From positions 310,001-374,000 of the forward strand of contig NEEC01000026.1 in assembly GCA_002189035.1 (NCBI GenBank): DNA of 64,000 bases, in the 5' to 3' direction. Made by a program: the position numbers and the translations under genes. Positions 39,476 to 49,937 of the stretch are shown here, piece by piece. The notes under the pieces were generated by a model, which made no database searches, was not told the origin of the DNA, and worked only from the letters and a program-made list of their open reading frames with translations. The DNA comes from Utricularia gibba. Taxonomy: Eukaryota; Plantae; Magnoliophyta. Each line of letters begins with the position of its first letter. Within the stretch, counting starts at the first letter, position 1.

Positions 39476-39962
39476 GAGGGACATGTAACTATGGAAATTA
39501 TCACATGCCTTGAAGAGACCATCCTAGTTTTCGTTGGAGACAGCTAGTACCTCATGGTCAAGCACCATCATCAAGGAACCCACCTAGCATACCTTAGAAG
39601 ACTATCACTAAACCACCTCAACCACTATAGATAACTCGACCTCTAGAGCAATATATGATTCCATACCAATCAAACCATAGTTTGGAGGCCATGGTGAATC
39701 CCTTGCTGAAAGCACCTCCAAGATGCATGTTGAGCAGAAGGATATGAAGGGTCTAATCACAAGTATTCAAGGCCAGATTACTCAGGTAGCACAAGCAATG
39801 AATTGTTTGGAAACGAGAGAAGGATTGCCATTACACCCAGTGCAAAATCCAGAGCATATCAACGTCATTTTCATGGAGAAGTGGAACGGATCTACTAGAC
39901 CCTTACCCATGATTCACAAACAAGTTGGATAGATTCGAAGAGAAGGAGTTGGAGGTCATAGA

Positions 39963-41720
39963 TGTTAGTGTATATGTTTTAGAGACAATCAACTCATTGG
40001 CAAATCTTATCTTATGATATTTACTTTGAATTGTGATCAAATTTATATCATTGATAAAATTCTCTACTTGATCTATGTGCTATAGAAATTATGATAAGAT
40101 CATAATATGAGATTCTTCAAGCACTCATGCTCAAGTCAAAAACTCCCTAGCTAGAGTGTTTGTGAAATGAAGATATCACAAATACGGATAAGCTAGCACA
40201 CATTGAGTTCCCTAAACTATTTACGCAATGGTTCTCACAATTGATGTAATGAGATTACTAGAACCTATGTGTGGGTGTCGATTAGAGAATCAATTCACTG
40301 GATGACTCATCTTCGAGATGCTACTATGGGAAGCTAACCCAGTGTTAGTAGCAAGATCTCGAATATGAAAGCCGTGCAAGTAAGCTTAGACTTGAGGTCA
40401 ACAAAGTTATCTTGATCTTAAGCTCACATTTTCGCTCATTACTAATGGGAGCCTAACCATGGCTTGCCTAGTATGGATGGGTAGGTATGTGACTCCTTAA
40501 GGTTGGAGTAGTTGATTGATCAATAAAGGATTCATCACTCATGTTAGCGATGAGATCATATCTCAAGTAATTGCATCAAAGCCTAACAGTAAGTCCTGGG
40601 CCCAGGGTAATGACACTCGAATTGTTTGAGTAGGTCATTGAGTGTTAGTGCTTGAATGCAATTATAAGTTCGATACATCAGAAAGACACACACCCATGTT
40701 CTGGTACCGAATGAGATATAAGTATGATGAAAGCTATTCATTGCATGGTGGCTGGTCATGGAAAGGCTCAATCAGCTCACCTGATTATTCTTTAATCTTG
40801 GGATCATGATATGTTGCTAGACATCACTCATGATCGATAATGATGGATTTGATTAATTAAGAGTTAATTAATAAATCTATTATTACGGTTTTGATTGAAG
40901 AAGCCTATAGGGTCACACACAATAGTGGAGTTACTCAACGATATAAAATAGAATGACACAATTACATGAGATGTAATTGGTAAAGTGGATAAATTAAATT
41001 GAGAATTATTTTGAGATAATATTGATTAAACTCAAAATAAAAGATCATATATAGATAAGATTTGGAACATATACATATCTCCACAAGATAAGATCTTTAT
41101 GGAGATATGATTTGATATGTTACCATATATCTATCAAAAGATTCAGATTTTTAGAGAGGCCTCGAAGGTCTTCGTGCTCTCTGAGACTGATCCACAAGGA
41201 GGCGTTTTTTCTCTACTAGCATCTGAGAAATTCGACCAGCATTCAAGAGCCTTGAGAAGGTTATCGACGAAGTGCTCCACGTGTGGATACCATAGAGGTC
41301 GTCTGCTATTGGCGGTTGGTGAACAATGGAGTCATCTGAAAGGTACTTTGAACATCCATATGTCTGATGTATACTGTATTCCAAGATCTGCGTTGGGGGT
41401 TTCTCAAAATTTTTAAAATTCCACTGCTTTTGAGACATACGATGTCTACGAGAAACCCAACAGTGGTATCAGAGCAAGGTTACGGAATACGTGTATACGT
41501 TAGAATCTTTGCTGATTTTACGAGATGTTCTCGTATGTTGCCTTGTCGGTGACACGTTATAATCCTTGCTGATTTTTCGAGATGTTCTCGTATGTTGCCT
41601 TGCCGGCGATCATGATAATAGCATGTGATGCACGAAACCCAACAATAGACAGTTATTTTGATGTGTCGACGAAGAGATCGTTTGTGAGAATCTAGATGGC
41701 TCACTAGTCCAGAGCAATGA
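39963..41720 (+). mobile_element. 5' LTR (39963-41462) with tRNA-iMet PBS (41464-41475) and a short truncated internal region
   Basis: TGTTAG...CCAACA followed by GTGGTATCAGAGC; highly similar to the reverse complement of 54366-55817; 57-bp x2 repeat at 41504-41610. Confidence 0.92.
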
Positions 41721-41755
41721 TGTTTTGAAGCCATATGAAGATGCTAAGGAGAAGG

Positions 41756-43280
41756 TGTTAAGTGTCATTTTCTAAGTGTTTATTGTGTGTTATTACGTGT
41801 TAATTAGGTATTAAGTTGCCCAAATTAGGAGTTATATTTATAAGTATTTGATTTTATTAGTAAATTCCTATTTTTGTATTTTGTACATATTTTATTATCC
41901 TTTTTCATACACTTTCACCTAAAATGTCAGGAGGCAGGCTTGGAGTGTTGTAGAAGATTTGCAGGAGTTTAGACATTGATGTTTCGTGCCTTGCAAACAA
42001 CTTTAATCATTTGTTGGTGGAAGATTGAGATTTGTTAGGACCCCTGACTTACGACATGTCAGAGTCTGTAGAAATGATTGAGCACTTGCACACATGGAAA
42101 AGTTAGTGGCGAACAGACAAAAAAAATGATGGAAGTGGAGCAGAGGAAGTTAATGCATGTGAGAAGTGAATTAAAACTAACTTGGAACAATTTGGGAAAG
42201 ATCTAGAACTTTTGGTTCTTTCTCTCCACCATAGGAGGAAGAACACTTTAGCTTTCCATTTAGTTTTCCATTTTCATGACTATTCGTGGCTAAGGCCTTT
42301 TAGTTTCTGGAAATAGATGAAGTTTACTTCAACGTCTTGAGCATTAAAGCCAACTGGTCATTGGCAATAGCTGGGCACACACATAGAATTCGGTTTTGAA
42401 GGCGAGTGACGGCAATCCAACAAGGAAGCACATAAGGCTATTCCCGTGTTTCCTTGTCAATTAGAGTGTAAAAGAGAGTAGGCTAATTCTTGCTCCTATA
42501 ACTAGTTATTCGGAAGGAATCTGTGAAGGTTGAGGCGAGGATAGAAAAAAGGAGGAAGTGTAATCCATTTCTTAGGAATTCCATCCTTATTCAAGCTCCA
42601 TTACTTACGTTGTATCTTTTATTTCTGTACTTCAAAAACCCCCTTTTACAAACCCGTGACAATTTGTAAAAGTTTCCTACAAAACACTTTCCGAAAAACT
42701 CAACTCCCCGAAATCGACATTTGTGCTACGCTTTTTTGTATTTTTACATTTTTCTAAATTAAAATTTGTTGAATAAATGATAAGCAACAAATTTTTGGCA
42801 CCATTGCTGAGGAGTTGTGTATTTTTGTATTTAGTGTTGCATATAGTTTTTCTTTTTCTTTTCTTTTTCTTCCTTTCTTCTTGTTTTTCTTTTGTTTCAT
42901 TTTGGCTGCTATTTCTCTCTATTTTGATGCATTCAGCTCCATCGAAGGGCCATTGAAGCTTGAGATCATACCAAAATTTCTTGTGTCCATTAGATCTAGA
43001 GATTGAGTACACATTTCTGGCGAAAAAGACAGAATTAACTTCCAATTCATTTACTGCCCGAAGAAATGGTTGCTCAAAGACCTACTGGAGTCCTCATGGT
43101 TCACGAAGAATAGGAGCAACAACATCCTCAAATTTTTCAGTCCTATCGATCGTTGATCATGGCCAAGAACTACGAACCTTTAAAGAATAAATCACCGCCA
43201 ACCATGCTCACCGACCACTTTGTATCATCTTTGATGCAAAAGAGGACTTTGAACTTATCCATATATATTCCAGACACTTT
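41756..43280 (+). mobile_element. Second Athila-like LTR (41756-42789), PBS-like site and gag N-terminal fragment
   Basis: LTR end GCAACA then TTTGGCACCATTGCTGAGGA; ELRTFKE*ITANHAHRPLCIIF is homologous to the gag at ~38430-38520. Confidence 0.7.
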
Positions 43281-43519
43281 GAATAAATCAACCGTGATGT
43301 GGATGGTCCGTTGGGGCAGCGCGTCGTGACGAGGACGTAGAAATTGCAACTTTTGATCGCTACATTCATGTGAGGGAGTCTCCAAGGTACGAGGCGTATT
43401 TAGAAATAAGGAACTGAAAAAATTAGCATGCTACATGAGCTCAACGGATTTTCATGTGGCCTCGATCCTCACGTCGCTCCTTGCACATACGCAACCAAAT
43501 GGTGTGTTATGTAAAAATA

Positions 43520-43614
43520 GGGATGCAACATGAGGACTTTCTAAGTGTCATCCATCCTAGTACTAATGTAGGCCAACCATGCTTGACTTCATTAGTGATG
43601 GTATGATCACATCC
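43520..43614 (-). pseudogene. 5S rRNA pseudogene, copy 1 (95 nt; ~24-nt internal deletion)
   Basis: Minus strand reads GGATGTGATCATACCATCACTAATG|AAGTCAAGC...AGTACTAGGATGGATGAC...AAGTCCTCATGTTGCATCCC, then a T-rich tract. Confidence 0.88.
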
Positions 43615-44032
43615 AAGCAGTGTTACATGACCAAATAAGCCATATGTCATGCTCCTCGATCCGGAATGCATAACTTTCAAATCGCTTTGATCGACGTGGC
43701 GCACAGCGTATCGTTTCGAAACTCTCTCCATGCCTGACACATGAATACATACTTTGACGGTCGTGCGACAATGTTTCAGCATTCGAAATGCAGCGGTGAT
43801 ATGCATGGTCCGTCGGGGCAGCTCATTGTGTCGAAGACGTAGAAGTTGCAACTTTTGATTGCTACGTTCATGTGGGGGAGTCTCCAAGGTACAAGGGGCA
43901 TGTAGGCATAGAGAACTGAAAAAAATCGGCATGCTACATGAGCTCGACAAATTTTCACGTGGTGCAGATGCTCACATCGCTCCTTGCACATTCGCAATCA
44001 AATGGCGTGTTCAATAAAATCATAGAAAAAAA

Positions 44033-44127
44033 GGGATGCAACATGAGGACTTTCTAGCGGTCACCCATCTTAGTACTAACGTAGGACAACCAAGCTTGAC
44101 TTCATTGGTGCTGGTATGATCATGTCC
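44033..44127 (-). pseudogene. 5S rRNA pseudogene, copy 2 (95 nt; same deletion)
   Basis: GGACATGATCATACCAGCACCAATG|AAGTCAAGC...GATGGGTGACC...GTCCTCATGTTGCATCCC followed by TTTTTTT. Confidence 0.88.
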
Positions 44128-44499
44128 GAGCGGTGTTACACGACCAAATAAGCCATACGTCGTGCTGCTTGGTCCGGAAGGCATAACTTTCAAACCGCTT
44201 TGATCCACGTGGTGCACATCATATCGTTTCGAAGCTCTCTTCGTGCCCGACACATGGATATGGAAATATGCGCGTCGTGATAGCCTTAGTTCAAGCTTTG
44301 AATAGTTTTGAGCTCTTATACGCATCATTCCTTAACTCGTCCAATTCTGAAAGATGAAGCTTCCTATGACCAGCACTAAGGTTCTTGTCCAAGTTCAACT
44401 TCTTCACAGCCCACCAAACCTTGTGCTGAGGAGGTGCTGGTAATCTACAAGGCTTCCCATACACCAACCAAAATGGTGAGGTGCAAATGGGAGTAAGTA

Positions 44500-45065
44500 A
44501 TTAAGTTAGTTACAAAAACTTAAAACATTCATTAATTGAAAAGAAAGTAAAGATTGTTCTAATGATCGTTTTCTATTGTCCACTGTCCATAACAGTAGCA
44601 GTGAATTGGGTCTTGGTGCTATTCTTTAGATTGGAGGGTCTCTTCTATGAGAATCCCTTCTTCCTTTTTCAGGTTCAGTGTTCATGGTGTTAGAGGAGCC
44701 CTCGTGTGCATGCTGTTGGAGTTCTCTCTCGATTATCTCCCCTTCGAAAAATATCTCCCCTCCTTTACTCCAATGCACTGTTCCTGACACTAGCACTATT
44801 TTCGGCCTAAATTCACAAACTGCAGGTGATAGAACAGTGCTCTTTGTTTCTCTTCGGATGTTGCTGCTAATCATCCTTCTCAACTTAATTAAACATTAAT
44901 AACGAAGTTGGTGGACTAAATCAAAGGATTTAGTCCACTTTTAAACATAAACACAAAATTAACATAAGCAACACATAAAACATGAAAAAGCACACAAACT
45001 TAACCTAAACCAAAGTAAAACATAACAATTTTGCATTATAAAATGCAAAGAAAACATGTGTCATC
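44500..45065 (-). mobile_element. Probable 5' portion of an Athila-like LTR
   Basis: Minus strand begins TGATGACACATGTTTTC with T-rich composition like the other LTR starts; no TSD or partner found. Confidence 0.4.
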
Positions 45066-45167
45066 AACACTACAAGCAAGGCTTAATAAGTCTAAAATTC
45101 TTTTATTTCAATATGTTTTATATAATATAATTTTTCCATGTCAAGGATAAGACAGACTAGATTCGAT

Positions 45168-45367
45168 CTATTTCTTTACTTCCCATGAATCATATCTTTG
45201 GAACAATAGGGACATAATTTTCTTAATTCTAATTGAACCGGTGTATTATGCTGGTTCTTTTGAGTAATATATCTGGAAATACCTGTTGATACCTTCTTAA
45301 GACCATTTCAAAAACAACCGGTACATTCCAAAATTACTGTTACTTAGACATCTTTTTTTTTTCTAGG
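45168..45367 (-). pseudogene. rpl33: Plastid rpl33 pseudogene (NUPT)
   Basis: GATGTC..GTAACAGTAATTTTGGAATGTACC...ATTTCCAGATATATTACTCAAAAGAACC...CCCTATTGTT...GATTCATGGG...AAAGAAATAG; start codon degraded. Confidence 0.9.
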
Positions 45368-45801
45368 AATGAAAAAACTTTTAATTTTTTATTTACTCAA
45401 TCCGTCTGATTCAAAACGAAGAAAGAAAATAAACAAACTAAAAATACAACTATAAAATAAATAATCAATAAAGCAGCAAAAAAGCCATAAGAGATAGTGT
45501 AGTAAATAAAAAAAAGTAAGAAATAAAAAAATAAACAATGATTTCGAGACTCTATTTCAACATGACAAGCGGTATTTGAGTTAAAGATCTTCTCGTCTTG
45601 ACCTAAATCTTCATTTTACTACGCTACCCACACATTGGTACTATTCCGTTAGTTAATTGAATTTGAACCTAAGTTTAGCAGATGTTGTATCCACTTTTCT
45701 CTTTTTTCCCTTTTATTTTTTTAAAAAAGAAAAGTGGGTAGGATTAATCAGAGATATTTCATTGTATCTCTAATCCTCTTCATTGCTTTCAATAAAAATA
45801 A

Positions 45802-45936
45802 CTAGAATGAAAAAAAGGGAAATGTCAATGCATCCGGGAAAAAATGATTAATCTTTATCAATAGCTCGGCTAACAACATGAACCATAGCGTACTTAGTAT
45901 TGGGGCCACACAGAGATATGTTTTTAGGTCTCGCAT
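45802..45936 (-). pseudogene. psaJ: Plastid psaJ copy (NUPT); ORF open but with substitutions
   Basis: [44 protein letters not shown]. Confidence 0.93.
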
Positions 45937-46208
45937 CGAAAAACCTCCTTTTTTACGTATTATAACACATAAAGAAAACGTATATATGATCAGATGCATA
46001 TGCACTTAAAGGTCACCTAAAGTTTGACACGGAATACTGAATGAAATGTACAATGATCCATAATTTTTTTTCTTATTAGTATATTTAAATAAAACCAAAA
46101 AGATTAACGAGACTAAAAAATTTTCTCTATCCATCCTTTCTCAATCGAGTAAATAGGAATGTGGAAAATAAGACAGGAATTCTCTAAATGACACTGTAGA
46201 CCAATTAA

Positions 46209-46282
46209 AGGGATGTGGCACAGTTTGGTTGCCCGTTTGTTTTGAGTACAAAATGTGACATGTTCAAATCATGTCATCCCTA
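46209..46282 (+). pseudogene. trnP: Plastid trnP-UGG pseudogene (NUPT); anticodon now TGA
   Basis: AGGGATGTGGCACAGTTTGGTTGCCCGTTTGTTTTGAGTACAAAATGTGACATGTTCAAATCATGTCATCCCTA. Confidence 0.9.
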
Positions 46283-46423
46283 CCTATTGCTGCCCTTTTG
46301 GAAAATAGAGTAAGATCTATTCAAATTGCGCGAACTCATTAAACTATCGAATACAAGGGATTCACTTAAGAAAAAGAATAATTTTCTTTTTTCTTTACAG
46401 CCTTTTCTATTCTGATAAAAAAC

Positions 46424-46496
46424 ACGCTCATGGTTCAGTTCGGTAGAACGTGGGTCTCCAAACCCGATGTCTTAGGTTCAAATCCTACAGAGCATG
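46424..46496 (+). pseudogene. trnW: Plastid trnW-CCA pseudogene (NUPT); 1-nt loss near the anticodon loop
   Basis: ACGCTCATGGTTCAGTTCGGTAGAACGTGGGTCTCCAAACCCGATGTCTTAGGTTCAAATCCTACAGAGCATG. Confidence 0.92.
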
Positions 46497-46625
46497 ATCT
46501 TTTCGTCATAGATTCATTGAGACCGAAATGCATTTAGTAACTTGCACTACAATTAAAATTTTCGCTCCTATGGATTAAAGAAAAGAAGAGTCCAAAGAAA
46601 AATAATAAATACAAATTTTAATTAA

Positions 46626-46739
46626 TCAAAAGTTCAATTGATCACCATGTCTGTATTGTAAATATGCAGTTAAGAATAATCCATCCAAAATAATACGAAT
46701 TAGACCTAACATGATTTCAAATAGAAAAACTTCAAAAAA
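46626..46739 (-). pseudogene. petG: Plastid petG pseudogene (NUPT); start codon lost
   Basis: GAAGTTTTTCTATTTGAAATCATGTTAGGTCTAATT...ACTGCATATTTACAATACAGACATGGTGATCAATTG...TGA. Confidence 0.92.
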
Positions 46740-47005
46740 TTTTATTTTTTAAAACGGAGAAAAAAGGCAATTTTTCGGAAAATAGAAATAATCCATTGAT
46801 GTATTCTAGAACACTACTTAATTTTGATTAATAAGAACACTTTTCAAAATGCATGAAAAGGCGGGTCAATTTGAGAAATGGCCATCTCTCTCCTCGTAAA
46901 TTTGAGAGATGGCCATCCCGTAAAAGCTCTTTGAAAAATGGTCATACTGAAAATGGCCAATTAGAAGAAAATCAATATTCACCTAAATACATTGACACGT
47001 CATTG

Positions 47006-47623
47006 TATTTTGGTGAAATACTGGATTTCTTTTAATTGGCTATTTTCAAAGAAATCTAATTTATTAAACCATCTATCTAATTACATAGTATTCTACATAG
47101 TAATATAAATATGTGATGATAACTAATGAATTCTCTAATAATTGCAGAGCGCAAAAGATAATCATGCCCTTCTGTAGTTAATATACATATATATATCTAT
47201 ATAAACATTTGTGTTATCAAATTATACAATGCAAACAATTTCTTTTATTTAAACTATATAAATATATTACATAATTTACATATCACAAGGTAAATCCATT
47301 TTTGTATATGAAATGAATGGTCCTGAACAAATTGAGGTACTTTTTGCCAATTTTAATTTTCAATTCCAGTCTATACCACACACTTCAGGAAACGCAGTAA
47401 TCTGGAAGAGTTTTATAGCTTATGCATGGAGATCAGCTCCAAGTGTCTCGACATTTCTTAATTCCCTATGCAGCGCTCGAAAAAAAAACATGACTATTAT
47501 AATTTTCATTTCTGCACTCTTCAAGAACAACCATAATTTGGAAAAGTGATACAGTTTCAACATAAAAAGGAAGACATCACTAACCAAGCATTGCTTCGAT
47601 CGAAACCATAATTAATACAAGAA
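47006..47623 (+). repeat. Left long inverted repeat of the MULE
   Basis: Reverse complement of 56952-57575 with scattered mismatches. Confidence 0.92.
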
Positions 47624-49157
47624 GTTAATATAGATGAAGTAATATCTTTTGTGTAAAATGTAAAGCATGTTTCCGGATTTAGAAGCGATTTCTTTGGTGA
47701 GTCATCAATCAACAATGTATTCATTATATTGTAACGATAGTTGAACATTGTACCATCATCCCAAATATGTCGTAGGTCTTTAAATTTGATGGTGCTGAAG
47801 CTCCCGTCAATGCATATTCTGGTGTCATTACATTGACTTATCCCCAAAAAAATACAAGCTTTCGATGACTGCAATTTGCCATAATATAGTCGATTATTTT
47901 ATGTACGAGTGCACTACAGAGAAATAAAGTAATGAATATTTTAAAGTAATAGAAGGAAGGAGTACAAAGTTATGAGCATATGAACTTACTCTCTCCGTGA
48001 GGACCAAAATGCAACATCGAATGTTTCCATGTACCAATCTAGAAATTTGATACAATTTGGTCTGAGATAAACTACAATGAAAAACATACATCATTATTAT
48101 ACATATAATTAGAGTAGATCAATTTATTATGCTACTTACTTGCTCGATACTCAATGATGCAATTTGGTCTTCCAGCCGCTCGTCCTTTGTCCATAAACAC
48201 GACATCAGCAAGTACACCATTAACATCAAGGATGATCGATTTCATAGGTGTTGCAGCATCGATATCTTGAGGAATGAACGTCGGGTGTCTTGTTTCATAT
48301 TGGTAGATAGTGTCCCTTAGTTATGCAATTTCATTTCTAGTTGCTTCGAGCTCCAAACGCATCTAGATAATATCATTGTCATTCATTGTTGAGGGGCAGA
48401 CGAACCGACTGTCTTTTCCTCCTGTTCTTCTGGTCGAGTATGCATCTTACGAGGAGTGCCACACCATATATGGATTGATCCTCTAAGATTTGCAACGAGT
48501 GGCTCAATATCTACCCATCACATATCTTTTGCTACTACCAATGTTCCAAGACACTCTTTGTGCTCTTCATCCAATGGTTGCACACCTTACAATATACAAT
48601 ATACACATTCATTAATAGAAAATAAGAGAAAATTAATCAAATCACAAGATATTTACCAAAAAATAATCTTACAATTGGTCTTCCAATATTTGATTAGGTC
48701 GATAATTGCCTAGGTATCCTAATCATCAAATCTTCGAGTAGAGTAATTCATACGAAACTAGTCCACCAATCTCCATATGAGTCTTGTAAACCTGTGACAA
48801 TTTTAATTTTTGCCTTGGATGATATTGTAAAGTGATTCTTGTGGGCAACTTTGGAACACTTTACAATGCCAAACAATGCACTAACACTAAGCATAACTTC
48901 ATAAATGTAATAATATTACTGATGGAAGGTAGTGTTAAATGAGATAGTGAAACATGCACTAAACGAAGTACCGATTGGATAAAATGATGAATTGGTAATC
49001 TCAACCCACATTTGAAATGTTCGATACTCACAGCAAAAGCACAATCTCCAACATGCTTGGGTGATTCATCTGAAATTTGTTCTCCATCTTCCTTGTCTGA
49101 TATTACTAAATTTTCTGGCACCATATATCGCTGTTTGATTTTTTCTCCAATAGTCAT
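47557..49157 (-). pseudogene. MULE accessory gene: Transposase_28-like N-terminus, coiled coil, FCP1/NIF (HAD) phosphatase-like C-terminus
   Basis: EHFKCGLRLPIHHFIQSVL (GLRLP at 48993-49007); IILDVNGVLADVV (LDVNGVLAD at 48204-48230); RA|IYLRPNCIKFLDWYMETFDVAFWSSRR; FKDLRHIWD..NTLLIDDSPKKSLLNP. In-frame GT-AG introns at 48072-48139 and 47914-47989. Confidence 0.8.
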
Positions 49158-49648
49158 CTATTATACGAATGGTATAAATGTAAATATATAACATCAATAC
49201 TATGCATAAACTAACATATTAATCCACAAAAACATGAACATACAAATTGATATAATAAAAAAAGGTCAATTGGATATAGACATTCACTTCAAAAAGTAAC
49301 AATAATATTTTGTGTAATTTAATTAGAAAAGTGGCTCGGATTTGATGAAAATACCTGAATTAAATTCGTAAACTCACAAAAATGCATTGTATACAAGATA
49401 AAGATAATATAAATAATAAGGGTGAATTTAATACCTTGATAGAATTTGTAGAAATAGCCTAAAGAAAATTAAGATAGGGAAACCCTTTTATACCATGGTG
49501 AAGATGAAGAAAAAGAAGAGAAGAGGGGACCGAAGAAGAGAAATACAGTGGAAGAGAGAAAGAAGCGAGAGGTTGTAGGAACATTTAATAGGGTAGGTGT
49601 GTTTTACTTATGTTTAATGAATAAAAAAATTAATTTATGCTTGGAATC

Positions 49649-49937
49649 CTAGACGTTGCTTGTTACACACAAGTGATGCCTAGAGATATTTGGGCGTCAC
49701 CTATTGCACATAAGTGGCGTCCAAGGCTACTATTCAGATGCTATTAATGACAGATACACAATGTAAGCAGCAATCCAGGATATCTTGACGTCACTTATAT
49801 GACATAAACAGGGCCCTGGATGTCTATGAACGCTGCTTGTATGTACAATGCCCATGGCTGTCTGGGCATTGCTTGTGACATATAAGCAGTGCCCAAGATG
49901 TTGTGGACATTGCTTGGTACATATAAGAAGCGCCCAG
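49649..49937. repeat. Array of ~7 degenerate palindromic ~35-bp units (period ~42 bp)
   Basis: Examples: CTGGGCATTGCTT-GTGACATAT-AAGCAGTGCCCAAG (49862-49897) and TTGGGCGTCACCTATTGCACATAAGTGGCGTCCAAG (49690-49725). Confidence 0.7.

Larger units (their letters stand above)
35775..39930 (+). mobile_element. Athila-like LTR (~35775-37038), PBS-like site and decayed gag, interrupted by nested LTRs
   Basis: LTR ends TATCA, then AATTTTTGGTGTTGTGTTCGGGGA resembling the Athila PBS. Gag motifs: YPLDQEVERT, ITANHYDCPLCIIF, KFSRRENDDPNHHLHE, DARRLIEQMVAN. Confidence 0.75.
43293..44270 (-). repeat. Tandem dimer of ~513-bp 5S rDNA-like units
   Basis: 43293-43795 aligns with 43796-44270; each unit contains a 5S-like segment. 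Confidence 0.85.
45100..46850 (-). other. Nuclear plastid DNA insertion (NUPT): petG-trnW-trnP-psaJ-rpl33 block
   Basis: Five plastid genes in plastome order and orientation, all diverged. Confidence 0.95.

Noticed and set aside
41746-41755. PPT-like AAGGAGAAGG before the LTR at 41756, suggesting a tandem or TRIM structure
   Set aside because: Only 10 nt long, and the upstream sequence belongs to a different LTR family; likely chance at an insertion junction.
43520-44127. Cassandra TRIM, or functional 5S rRNA genes
   Set aside because: The units keep the 5S 5' end and terminator and show no LTR/PBS structure, so not Cassandra. The internal deletion and substitutions preclude a normal 5S rRNA.
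46209-46496. Functional tRNA genes
   Set aside because: They are plastid-derived, with stem mismatches, a changed trnP anticodon, an altered T-arm and a 1-nt loss in trnW.
49649-49937. CRISPR-like array
   Set aside because: Eukaryotic context, degenerate units, spacers under 10 bp and no cas genes; treated as a TE motif array.
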